A stretch of 32,000 nt of DNA from Candidatus Methylomirabilis limnetica (lineage in GTDB: Bacteria; Methylomirabilota; Methylomirabilia; Methylomirabilales; Methylomirabilaceae), in the NCBI RefSeq assembly GCF_003044035.1, contig NZ_NVQC01000016.1:128133-160132 (forward strand). Reading direction: 5' to 3'. Under the pieces are notes generated by a model. It ran no database searches. It had not been told where the DNA came from and saw only the letters and a list, made by a program, of their open reading frames with translations. How positions within the stretch are numbered: position 1 is the stretch's first letter; each line of letters opens with the position of its first letter. Of this stretch, positions 1-7,657 are shown one piece after another. The position numbers and the translations under genes were made by a program.

Positions 1-281
1 ACCTCGTCCTGTATCTGCAGGCCAGCACTGATGTCCTGGTCCGGAGAATTCAGTCACGGGCGAGGGCTTCCGAGCGGGAACTGGGACAGGCCTACCTGGA
101 GGACGTAAACGCAGCCTACAACCATTTTTTCTTCCACTACTCAGCGACGCCGCTGCTGGTTGTTAATACCGATGAGATTGACTTCGTCAAACACAAAGAG
201 GATTTTGAAGACCTGGTCAAACAGGTCGAAGCGGTGCGGGCTGGCACCCACTACTATGTGTCGCTTGGATCCCGTAAGTAG
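1..281 (+). CDS. deoxynucleoside kinase family protein, C-terminal fragment (5' end outside window)
   Basis: Open frame in phase with nt 3, stop TAG 279-281. The translation LVLYLQASTDVLVRRIQSRARASERELGQAYLEDVNAAYNHFFFHYSATPLLVVNTDEIDFV resembles the C-terminal half of dNK/dGK-type kinases (family recalled from memory). Confidence 0.55.
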   Translation, partial: LVLYLQASTDVLVRRIQSRARASERELGQAYLEDVNAAYNHFFFHYSATPLLVVNTDEIDFVKHKEDFEDLVKQVEAVRAGTHYYVSLGSRK

Positions 282-282
282 G

Positions 283-459
283 GACCGATTGCAACTACTC
301 AGATATTTAGACTGAAGGCTGAAGGTTGAAGGTTCTAAATTATCTCGCAAGGCACGAATCGAGCCATCCAAGACCTTTTCGGAGTTTTGTATGATTACGC
401 ATGACTTACCACTAAAAGCCTTCAGCCTTCAGCCTATCTACCTGAGTAGTTACGACCGA
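283..459. repeat. About 175-bp imperfect inverted-repeat element with heptamer arrays (CTGAAGG x3 at 312-332; CCTTCAG x2 at 419-432)
   Basis: Arm 283-335 (gaccgattgcaactactcagatatttagactgaaggctgaaggttgaagg) is about 80% complementary to arm 417-459. An approximately 80-nt non-coding spacer lies between them. Confidence 0.8.
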
Positions 460-461
460 TC

Positions 462-1304
462 ATGACTAGTCAGACGGTCAGGACGGTCACCCTGCAGGAG
501 ATGAAGCGAAAAGGGCGAAAGATTACTATGCTGACGGCGTATGACTACCCGATGGCCCTGCTTGTGGATCGCGCCGGGATCGATCTGATTCTGGTAGGTG
601 ACTCCGGGGGGATGACCGTTCTGGGGTACGAGACCACAATTCCGGTTACCATGGACGAGATGCTCATGATGACCAAGGCGGTCACTCGCGCTGTGAAGCG
701 ATCCATGGTGATTGCTGACATGCCGTTCATGTCGTACGAGGCTGAACCAGCAGAGGCGGTCAGAAACGCCGGGCGGTTCGTGAAGGAGGGTCTGGCTCAC
801 GCCGTCAAGGTCGAGCGCGGCTGGCCCTCCCTCCCATGCGTGAGAGCGATCGTGGACGCGGGGATTCCGGTTATGGGGCACGTCGGGCTTACCCCACAAA
901 CGGCCGTACTGCAGGAAGGCTTGAAGGTTCAGGGGCGAGGGCGCGACGACGCACGCCGCATCCTTGAGGATGCCATGGCGCTTGAAAAGGCGGGAGCTTT
1001 TGCGATCGTGCTTGAGGCGATTCCCGGCGTACTCGCCCGGGTGATCACTAAGCGGTTGACTATTCCCACCATCGGGATCGGTGCCGGTCCAGATTGCGAT
1101 GGTCAGGTTCTGGTCATCCATGACCTGCTTGGGCTCTTCGATCGTTTCGTTCCGAAGTTCACGAAGCAGTACGCTGATCTCGCCAAGGTGATCAGCGATG
1201 CGGTGAGCCGCTTCCGGGAAGAGGTGATCGAATGCCGATTTCCTGATGCCGCACACACATACTCGATCGACCAGGAGACCGAGAGAGCGCTGCTGGATCT
1301 GTGA
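462..1304 (+). CDS. panB: 3-methyl-2-oxobutanoate hydroxymethyltransferase
   Basis: 280-aa ORF with ATG start. Hallmark LTAYDYPMALLVDRAGIDLILVGDSGGM..LGYETTIPVTMDEM and IGIGAGPDCDGQVLV motifs. Confidence 0.95.
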   Translation: MTSQTVRTVTLQEMKRKGRKITMLTAYDYPMALLVDRAGIDLILVGDSGGMTVLGYETTIPVTMDEMLMMTKAVTRAVKRSMVIADMPFMSYEAEPAEAVRNAGRFVKEGLAHAVKVERGWPSLPCVRAIVDAGIPVMGHVGLTPQTAVLQEGLKVQGRGRDDARRILEDAMALEKAGAFAIVLEAIPGVLARVITKRLTIPTIGIGAGPDCDGQVLVIHDLLGLFDRFVPKFTKQYADLAKVISDAVSRFREEVIECRFPDAAHTYSIDQETERALLDL

Positions 1305-1413
1305 GAGGTACGAGGTCTCTGGGAGAATGTAGGGGCGCTGCTTGCTGAGCCCGCACGAAGTAAAACCTGTGTGGGGGCAAGGTTCCGGGAGACTGAAAGA
1401 GTGAGGGGGCGCA

Positions 1414-2262
1414 GTGCAGAATATTCATGAGCCGTCTGCGATCGGCCGCCGATGTGAGTCGCTTCGGCGCGAAGGGAAGACCATTGGACTCGTACCCACG
1501 ATGGGCGCCTTTCACGAGGGGCACCTGTCGCTCATGCGGAGAGCGCGCGCAGAAAACGATGTCGTCATCGTAAGCATCTTCGTCAATCCGATCCAGTTCG
1601 CGCGGGGCGAGGATTTCGATAGCTATCCGCGGGATCTGCAGGACGATCTGGCCCAGGCGGAGAGGGCAGGGGTTGATCTGGTGTTCACGCCGTCCGCAGA
1701 GGCGATCTATCCGGATGGCTTCCAGACGTACGTCGACGTGACCGAGATCACCGATGGGTTGTGCGGCGCTTCCCGTCCTGGGCACTTTCGTGGCGTGACG
1801 ACGATCGTCACGAAGCTGTTCAATCTTGTCAGGCCGCACCGGGCCTATTTCGGGCAGAAGGACTACCAGCAATCGGCGGTGGTTCGGCGCCTGGTGGACG
1901 ACCTCAATTTGGACCTCGAGATCGTCCTCTTACCGACGATCCGGGAGGCTGACGGCCTCGCGATGAGTTCCCGAAACGTTCGGTTGACGCCTGAGGAGCG
2001 ACAGGCGGCATGTGTCCTCTATGCGTCCCTCAGGCTCACGGAAGAGCGGGTCGAGGCAGGAGAGCGGAACACCAAGCTTCTACTCGATGAGATGCGAACC
2101 ATGATCGAGACTGAGCCGCTAGCGCGGATCGATTATGTAGCCCTCTGTGATCCTGAGACACTGAAGCCGCTCGATCAAATCGAAGGCCCCATGCTGGCCG
2201 CTATCGCCGTGCGATTCGGTGAGACGCGTCTCATCGACAATCTCCTGATTACGCTTCCCTGA
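1414..2262 (+). CDS. panC: pantoate--beta-alanine ligase
   Basis: 282-aa ORF, GTG start preceded by GAGGGGG. Contains GLVPTMGAFHEGHLSLM (HIGH-type motif) and FGQKDYQQ. Confidence 0.95.
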   Translation: MQNIHEPSAIGRRCESLRREGKTIGLVPTMGAFHEGHLSLMRRARAENDVVIVSIFVNPIQFARGEDFDSYPRDLQDDLAQAERAGVDLVFTPSAEAIYPDGFQTYVDVTEITDGLCGASRPGHFRGVTTIVTKLFNLVRPHRAYFGQKDYQQSAVVRRLVDDLNLDLEIVLLPTIREADGLAMSSRNVRLTPEERQAACVLYASLRLTEERVEAGERNTKLLLDEMRTMIETEPLARIDYVALCDPETLKPLDQIEGPMLAAIAVRFGETRLIDNLLITLP

Positions 2263-2450
2263 CGGTTGTCCTGCCCGCCCGCCAGCCTTTAGCTATCAGC
2301 CGTCGGATTTCGGCAACACACCCAAAGGATTCCGCATCACAACTACCTGCTTTCTGGTGATCTCCAGGTCCAGAACCTGCTCTTCCGCACTTGTCTAGCA
2401 AGCGGCTGAAAACCGACCGCTGAAAGCTGCATCTTGCCTGCATATTTCTC

Positions 2451-2479
2451 TTGACAGGGCCAACGCGCTTCACTATTGT
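2451..2479 (+). promoter_or_regulatory. Candidate sigma70 promoter of the dcw operon (Pmra-like)
   Basis: -35 TTGACA 2451-2456, 17-nt spacer, -10 TATTGT 2474-2479, about 65 nt upstream of the mraZ ATG. Confidence 0.6.
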
Positions 2480-2489
2480 ATGCGACATG

Positions 2490-2516
2490 GTGGGATGAAG
2501 TGGGATATAGTGGTAT
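2490..2516 (+). promoter_or_regulatory. Candidate MraZ operator: three direct GTGGKAT boxes at exact 10-bp spacing
   Basis: GTGGGAT at 2490, GTGGGAT at 2500, GTGGTAT at 2510, immediately downstream of the predicted -10. This matches the known organisation of MraZ boxes (TGGGN-type repeats with 10-bp periodicity). Confidence 0.65.
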
Positions 2517-2545
2517 AAAGCGCCATAGAAAAGCGGTGTGAGCCC

Positions 2546-2995
2546 ATGTTTCGCGGAAGCTTCGAACACGCCATTGACGACAAAGGGCGGCTCAGCATCC
2601 CGGCCAGATATCGCGAGATTCTCAAGCGACGACGAGAGCGTGAGCTTGTCCTGGTCGATCTCCTCTTTGACGCCTGCATCGCAGCCTACCCGATCAAAAC
2701 CTGGCAGCAGATCGAGCAGAATCTCCTGAGTAAGGGAAACTCGGATAAAAAGTTCCGGGAATACGCTCGCCTCATCTCGGCCCGTGCGGTCGAGTCGACT
2801 GTTGACAGCCAGGGGCGAATTCTGATTCCTCCGCAACTCAGAGAAAAGGCGGATCTGCGCCGGGATGTAGTGATTGTTGGGGTATTGGACAAGATCGAAA
2901 TCTGGAATAGAGATCGCTGGGCGTCCTTTTGCGCGCAGGAGCGGGACCCTGAGGATTACGCGAGCAAGCTGGCGGAACTCGGGATCCGGGTATAG
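2546..2995 (+). CDS. mraZ: transcriptional regulator MraZ
   Basis: 149 aa. MFRGSFEHAIDDKGRLSIPARYR and a second DSQGRILIPPQLRE repeat (duplicated SpoVT/AbrB-like MraZ halves). Confidence 0.95.
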   Translation: MFRGSFEHAIDDKGRLSIPARYREILKRRRERELVLVDLLFDACIAAYPIKTWQQIEQNLLSKGNSDKKFREYARLISARAVESTVDSQGRILIPPQLREKADLRRDVVIVGVLDKIEIWNRDRWASFCAQERDPEDYASKLAELGIRV

Positions 2996-3031
2996 GTGCA
3001 AAGGCCTGCCCCCGCGGGTGCGGGGGGTTCG

Positions 3032-3056
3032 GGGTACAGGGTGCAGGGTATGGGGG
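3032..3056 (+). repeat. Heptamer array GGGTACA GGGTGCA GGGTATG GGGG, preceded by a GC hairpin (3009-3026)
   Basis: Direct reading. The third unit contains the rsmH ATG (3050). The mraZ stop lies in a related GGGTATAGG at 2988-2996. Confidence 0.8.
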
Positions 3057-3967
3057 CTGGCGTGGCCATTGGGGAACTGCACGTCCCGGTCTTACTTACT
3101 GAGACGTTGGATGCCCTGCGGCCGCATGCTGGTGGTCGCTACCTGGATGCGACCGTGGGATTGGGAGGACACGCGGAAGCCCTCCTGATCGAGAGTGCGC
3201 CGACTGGTCATCTATACGGGCTTGATCGTGATGCCGAGACCTTGGTCTTGGCCAAGGAGCGCCTCAGGCAGTTCGGAGATCGAGTCGAGTTGTTCCAGGG
3301 TGACTTCGCCATGCTGGGTGCCATCGCCGCCGAGAATGGATGGGGCCCTTTCGATGGCATCTTGTTTGATCTGGGCTTTTCATCCTTTCAACTTGACGAT
3401 GCCTCCAGAGGATTCAGCTTCATGAGGGACGGGCCACTGGATATGCGGATGGATCGTCATGGAGATGGGATATCAGCGGCAGAGCTGCTGGCCAAGCTCT
3501 CGGAGCGCGAAATCGAGAGGGTCCTGCAGGACTACAGCGAGGAGCGTTGGGCGAGGCGGATAGCGGCGCGGATCGTCCAAGACCGGCGGGAGCAGCCACT
3601 GACCTCCACCGCTCAACTCGCGCGTCTGGTGGCTGCGGCGGTACCAAGGCGTGCCTGGCCGCGCCGGATCCATGTCGCGACACGAACCTTCCAGGCGTTA
3701 CGTATTGCCGTGAACGATGAGTTGGCCGGGCTTCGCCGTGGCCTGCAGGATGCCATCGGGCTGCTCGCTACTGGAGGAAGGATCTGTATCATCAGTTTTC
3801 ATTCGCTCGAGGATCGGATTGTGAAGGAAACGTTTCGGGGGTGGGCGCGTTCGGATCCGCCGCGCGTCCATCTTCTAACCAAACGGCCGGTTATCGCAAC
3901 GGAGCGGGAGATTGAAGTCAATCTTCGTGCCCGCAGCGCAAAGCTTCGGGCTGCGGAACGGTGCTAG
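3050..3967 (+). CDS. rsmH: 16S rRNA (cytosine1402-N4)-methyltransferase RsmH/MraW
   Basis: HVPVLLTETLDAL, DATVGLGGHAEA, DLGFSSFQLD, SFHSLEDRIVK motifs. ATG 3050 is preferred. In-frame GTG 2996 would add 18 repeat-encoded residues. Confidence 0.9.
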   Translation: MGAGVAIGELHVPVLLTETLDALRPHAGGRYLDATVGLGGHAEALLIESAPTGHLYGLDRDAETLVLAKERLRQFGDRVELFQGDFAMLGAIAAENGWGPFDGILFDLGFSSFQLDDASRGFSFMRDGPLDMRMDRHGDGISAAELLAKLSEREIERVLQDYSEERWARRIAARIVQDRREQPLTSTAQLARLVAAAVPRRAWPRRIHVATRTFQALRIAVNDELAGLRRGLQDAIGLLATGGRICIISFHSLEDRIVKETFRGWARSDPPRVHLLTKRPVIATEREIEVNLRARSAKLRAAERC

Positions 3968-3980
3968 AGGAGGGGATGAG

Positions 3981-4331
3981 GTGAGAGAGCAAGGTATCGC
4001 CGCGTTGACGTCGGTTGGACGAGATCGGGTGGGCAGTTTACTGAAACCGCGGGTTGATCAGATTCGAGGGTTCGATCAGCTCCCGTCGCTGCTGTTAGGT
4101 AGTCTCGTCCTTTTCGGGGTCCTGTGTTACGTGTGGCAGCCTATTCAGGTAGTTCGACTCGGGTACCAGGTAGAAGGCCTCGCGGGGGAGCGCGCTGACC
4201 TCATTCGACAGCAGAAAGAGCTGCGTCTTGAGGTCGCCAGGCTCAAGTCGCTCCGCCGCGTGGAGGAGATCGCCCGCGGTCAGCTTGGACTCATTAGCCC
4301 TAAGCCAGGTCAAGTGATCGTACTCGAGTAG
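3981..4331 (+). CDS. ftsL: cell division protein FtsL-like (single TM helix plus coiled coil)
   Basis: Position between rsmH and ftsI. TM segment LPSLLLGSLVLFGVLCYVW followed by a heptad-like LIRQQKELRLEVARLKSL. GTG 3981 sits 7 nt after GGAGG (3969-3973). The track ORF start at 3912 overlaps rsmH. Confidence 0.7.
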   Translation: MREQGIAALTSVGRDRVGSLLKPRVDQIRGFDQLPSLLLGSLVLFGVLCYVWQPIQVVRLGYQVEGLAGERADLIRQQKELRLEVARLKSLRRVEEIARGQLGLISPKPGQVIVLE

Positions 4332-4348
4332 TCTTTGGAAGATGTGGT

Positions 4349-6142
4349 ATGCCGATGCAGCGTCGTACTCGCGAGAGATCGTCCAAAAAAGGAGAGGCCA
4401 CGCCCGCGCCAGCGAAGCTCGGCCGGTTACGGCGTCGCGTGATCGTGCTGTTCTGCTCGCTTGCTGCAGCCCTCACGATCATTTCCGGCCGGCTCTTTTC
4501 TCTCCAGGTGTATCAATACGCGGATCTCGTAGAGGCCGCCAAGCGGCAGTCCTCGGACCGGATTTCATCGGTCTCCAGGCGCGGAACGATTTACGATCGT
4601 AATGGTCGGGATCTGGCCATTAGCATTGGGGCTTCCTCAATTGGCGCTCGGCCGTCCCAAGTGGTGAACCCGAAACGTGCCGCCGCAGCCCTGTCTGCCG
4701 CGCTCAGCCTACCTGCCGAGAAGATCCTTGAGCGACTCCAAACGGAGAAGCCGTTTGTCTGGATCAAGCGATCAGTCTCCACGGAGGAAGCGCAGGCTGT
4801 TGCGCGTCTCATGCTGAAGGGGATCGAATCTGACACGGAGAGTAAGCGATTTTATCCAAAACAGCAACAGGCGGCCCACCTGTTGGGGTTTGTAGGGACA
4901 GACGATCGCGGGCTGGAAGGACTTGAGCTGCAGTACGATACCTACCTGGCCGGTAAGCGTAAGTGGCTTGCACAACAACAGGATGCCAGGCGTCGACCGA
5001 TCTTCAGAGAGGAAGCAGGTGAGGCGCAGGGTTCAGATCTACACCTGACGATTGATGAGGTGGTCCAGTATATCACTGAGCGGGAGCTGGAAGCCGCGGT
5101 GACCAAATCCGGCGCCCTCAGTGGCAGTGCCATTGTGATGGATCCTTTCAGCGGCGAAATCCTAGCACTTGCCAACTACCCCACGTTTGATCCCAATGCG
5201 TATACTGAGGCGGTGGCTTTCGCTCGCCGGAATCGGGCGGTGGTGGATTACTATGCGCCGGGGTCGGCCTTTAAGGCCATCGTGGGCGCCGGCGCCCTGG
5301 AGGAGAAACTCGTGCGACCCGAAGATCAGTTCGACGGAGATGGAGGCGCCATCACGGTGGGCGGGGTCACCATTCGGGATCATGAACGGTTTGGGATCAT
5401 GACATTTTCTGAGGTACTGGCTCACTCGAGCAATGTGGGGGCTATCAAGGTCGGCATGCGGCTGGGCAAGAGCCTCTACTACAATTACATCAGCGGATTC
5501 GGATTTGGAAATCTCACCAATATCGATCTGCCAGGAGAAACGCCAGGCTTGGTCCGGCGTCCGAAGGAGTGGTCGGCCCTCTCGCTCGCCTCGCTCTCCA
5601 TTGGGATGGAGATCTCCGTGAGTCCCCTGCAAATGCTGGTGGCGATGAGCGCGATTGCGAACGGTGGCATCCTGGTTCGTCCCTACGTGGCGAAGTCAAT
5701 CGTCGCGGCGGATGGCAAAGTTATCGTCGAGAACGCGCCCGTGCAGGTCAGGCGAGTGATCTCGGAAGCCACATCGAGAACCCTCGCGACTGTCCTCAAA
5801 GGGGTGGTAACGGAAGGGACGGGAAAGGAAGCGGCCGTAGAGGGATTCGATGTAGCAGGGAAGACCGGGACCTCTCAGAAGCTGGAACCAGCCACCGGTC
5901 GTTACTCTCAGCATAAGGTGGTGGCGTCATTTGTCGGGTTTGTCCCGGTCGAGCAACCTCGGCTGGCTATCATCGTGATCATCGACGATCCGAGCACGCT
6001 CCGTTGGGGTGGATCGATTGCAGCGCCGACGTTCCGGGAGATCGCTCGTGATTCCCTGAAACATCTCGGGATTACTCCGGGCACCCGAGAGCGGCTCCGG
6101 GTGGCAGAAGGGATTCGCAGTGCAACTTTTCGCCTTAATTGA
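4349..6142 (+). CDS. ftsI: peptidoglycan D,D-transpeptidase FtsI (class B PBP)
   Basis: 597 aa. N-terminal TM anchor and the transpeptidase motifs SAFK (GSAFKAIV), SSN (HSSNVGA) and KTGT (AGKTGTSQK). Confidence 0.9.
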   Translation: MPMQRRTRERSSKKGEATPAPAKLGRLRRRVIVLFCSLAAALTIISGRLFSLQVYQYADLVEAAKRQSSDRISSVSRRGTIYDRNGRDLAISIGASSIGARPSQVVNPKRAAAALSAALSLPAEKILERLQTEKPFVWIKRSVSTEEAQAVARLMLKGIESDTESKRFYPKQQQAAHLLGFVGTDDRGLEGLELQYDTYLAGKRKWLAQQQDARRRPIFREEAGEAQGSDLHLTIDEVVQYITERELEAAVTKSGALSGSAIVMDPFSGEILALANYPTFDPNAYTEAVAFARRNRAVVDYYAPGSAFKAIVGAGALEEKLVRPEDQFDGDGGAITVGGVTIRDHERFGIMTFSEVLAHSSNVGAIKVGMRLGKSLYYNYISGFGFGNLTNIDLPGETPGLVRRPKEWSALSLASLSIGMEISVSPLQMLVAMSAIANGGILVRPYVAKSIVAADGKVIVENAPVQVRRVISEATSRTLATVLKGVVTEGTGKEAAVEGFDVAGKTGTSQKLEPATGRYSQHKVVASFVGFVPVEQPRLAIIVIIDDPSTLRWGGSIAAPTFREIARDSLKHLGITPGTRERLRVAEGIRSATFRLN

Positions 6143-7634
6143 GGGGACCGAGTACCAGGTTCTCCACGGGTCTGTCGATGTAGAGGTCCATGATGTCCGA
6201 TACGATTCCAGACATGTGAGACCCGGGGATCTATTCGTGTGCATCAGTGGGTTCAGGCGGGATGGCCACGACTTCCTCCAAGCCGCATGGGCCGCGGGTG
6301 CCGTTGCAGCCCTGGTGGAGCGAAGCGACCTGCCGGAGGGTGCACTACGGGGTGGGACGGTGGTAAGGGTAGCCAATGCCCGGCAGAGCCTTGCCATGGT
6401 CGCGTGTCGATTCTATGGTCATCCCTCGCATAAGCTCGCCATGGTGGGGGTGACAGGGACTAACGGCAAGACGACCACCACCTACCTGATCGAGTCGGTG
6501 CTGCGACGCGCAGGACATCAGGTCGGGCTGATCGGGACTATCGGGTATCGCTGCAACGGGGTAGAGATAGAGGCGGCGCGGACGACACCGGAGTCCTACG
6601 ATCTGCAAGCGCTTCTCAATCGGATGGCGCATCTGGGCACTGACAGCGTCGTCATGGAGGTCTCGTCCCACGCCCTGGCCCTGCATCGCGTTGATGACTG
6701 CGAGTTTGACGTGGCCGTGTTCACGAATCTGACACAGGACCACCTGGACTTTCATGGCACCATGGAGGCGTACCGAAGCGCAAAGCTTTCTCTGTTTGAG
6801 GGGCTAGGTGTCGGGTCAACGAAAGCGACGGAAAAGGCGGCGGTCATCAATATGGATGATCCGGCTGCTGACCTCTTTCTCGGGGCGACGCGTGTGAGAC
6901 GCTACACCTACAGCGTGCAACGGCCGGCGGACCTGTCGGCCACCGATATCGATATGGGACCGGATGGAGTTCGGTGCCAACTGCACACCCCGTGGGGGAC
7001 GACGGCGATTCACTCTCCGTTACTGGGGGGCTATAACCTGTCCAACATCCTGGCAGCCGCTGCTACAGGGTTACATCTCGGCGTGGATCTGTCAGCGGTG
7101 GCAGACGGGATTGCCGCACTCCACCACGTCCCGGGTCGGTGTGAGCGAGTAGAGGGGGGACAGGAGTTCAGGGTGATCGTCGATTATGCGCACACCCCTG
7201 ACGCCCTGCGACGCGTCCTTCATATGGCACGGCAGTGCTGTCCGGGACGCCTGATTGTCCTGTTCGGGTGCGGGGGAGATCGAGATCGGGGGAAGCGTCA
7301 AATTATGGGAGAAGCGGCTCTGCAGTTAGCCGACTTTACTGTGATCACCTCCGACAATCCCCGCAGTGAGGACCCTCATCAGATCATCGAGGAGGTCGAG
7401 GCTGGGGCGAAAAAGGTATGGGGTCAGGGAAAGGGCTATGTTACAATTTTAGACCGGGCAATGGCCATTCGTGAGGCTCTCTCGCTGGCGGGACAAGGTG
7501 ACATGGTGGTGATCGCGGGGAAAGGGCATGAGGCCTATCAGATTCTTCACGATCGCACGATTCCCTTTGATGACCGACAGGTGGTCAGAGAGGCGCTTCG
7601 CGAGCTGGGGTTCAACCGTGAAGACAGGGTATAG
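6120..7634 (+). CDS. murE: UDP-N-acetylmuramoyl-L-alanyl-D-glutamate--2,6-diaminopimelate ligase
   Basis: GVTGTNGKTTTTYL P-loop, DYAHTPDAL, and DNPRSEDP (the DNPR motif typical of meso-DAP-adding MurE). GTG start overlaps the ftsI end by 23 nt. Confidence 0.92.
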   Translation: MQLFALIEGTEYQVLHGSVDVEVHDVRYDSRHVRPGDLFVCISGFRRDGHDFLQAAWAAGAVAALVERSDLPEGALRGGTVVRVANARQSLAMVACRFYGHPSHKLAMVGVTGTNGKTTTTYLIESVLRRAGHQVGLIGTIGYRCNGVEIEAARTTPESYDLQALLNRMAHLGTDSVVMEVSSHALALHRVDDCEFDVAVFTNLTQDHLDFHGTMEAYRSAKLSLFEGLGVGSTKATEKAAVINMDDPAADLFLGATRVRRYTYSVQRPADLSATDIDMGPDGVRCQLHTPWGTTAIHSPLLGGYNLSNILAAAATGLHLGVDLSAVADGIAALHHVPGRCERVEGGQEFRVIVDYAHTPDALRRVLHMARQCCPGRLIVLFGCGGDRDRGKRQIMGEAALQLADFTVITSDNPRSEDPHQIIEEVEAGAKKVWGQGKGYVTILDRAMAIREALSLAGQGDMVVIAGKGHEAYQILHDRTIPFDDRQVVREALRELGFNREDRV

Positions 7635-7647
7635 GGTGAAGGGTATT
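7627..7647 (+). repeat. Heptamer array GGGTATA GGGTGAA GGGTATT (single arm), followed by TGGTGGTGGTG
   Basis: Direct reading. The murE stop TAG (7632-7634) spans units 1 and 2. Confidence 0.8.
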
Positions 7648-7657
7648 TGGTGGTGGT

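Noticed and set aside
450-1256. 268-aa ORF on the minus strand, antisense to panB
   Set aside because: It is fully contained in the strongly supported panB gene. The composition is Arg/His/Pro/Gly-rich, as is typical of antisense frames in high-GC DNA. No recognisable family motifs.
1192-1872. 226-aa minus-strand ORF spanning the panB-panC junction
   Set aside because: Antisense to two genes with clear family signatures. Low-complexity Arg/Pro-rich translation.
3009-3026. The GC hairpin after mraZ as an intrinsic terminator
   Set aside because: The 7-bp GC stem with a 4-nt loop is not followed by a U-tract. The operon must read through into rsmH. At most it is a pause or attenuation structure.
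2249-3082. 277-aa minus-strand ORF covering the mraZ promoter and mraZ
   Set aside because: It overlaps the unmistakable mraZ gene and its promoter and operator. No motifs. High-GC antisense artefact.
3912-3980. Upstream part of the ftsL track ORF that overlaps rsmH
   Set aside because: It overlaps the rsmH 3' end by 56 nt. A GTG with a well-spaced GGAGG lies just after the rsmH stop and gives a typical FtsL size of about 116 aa.
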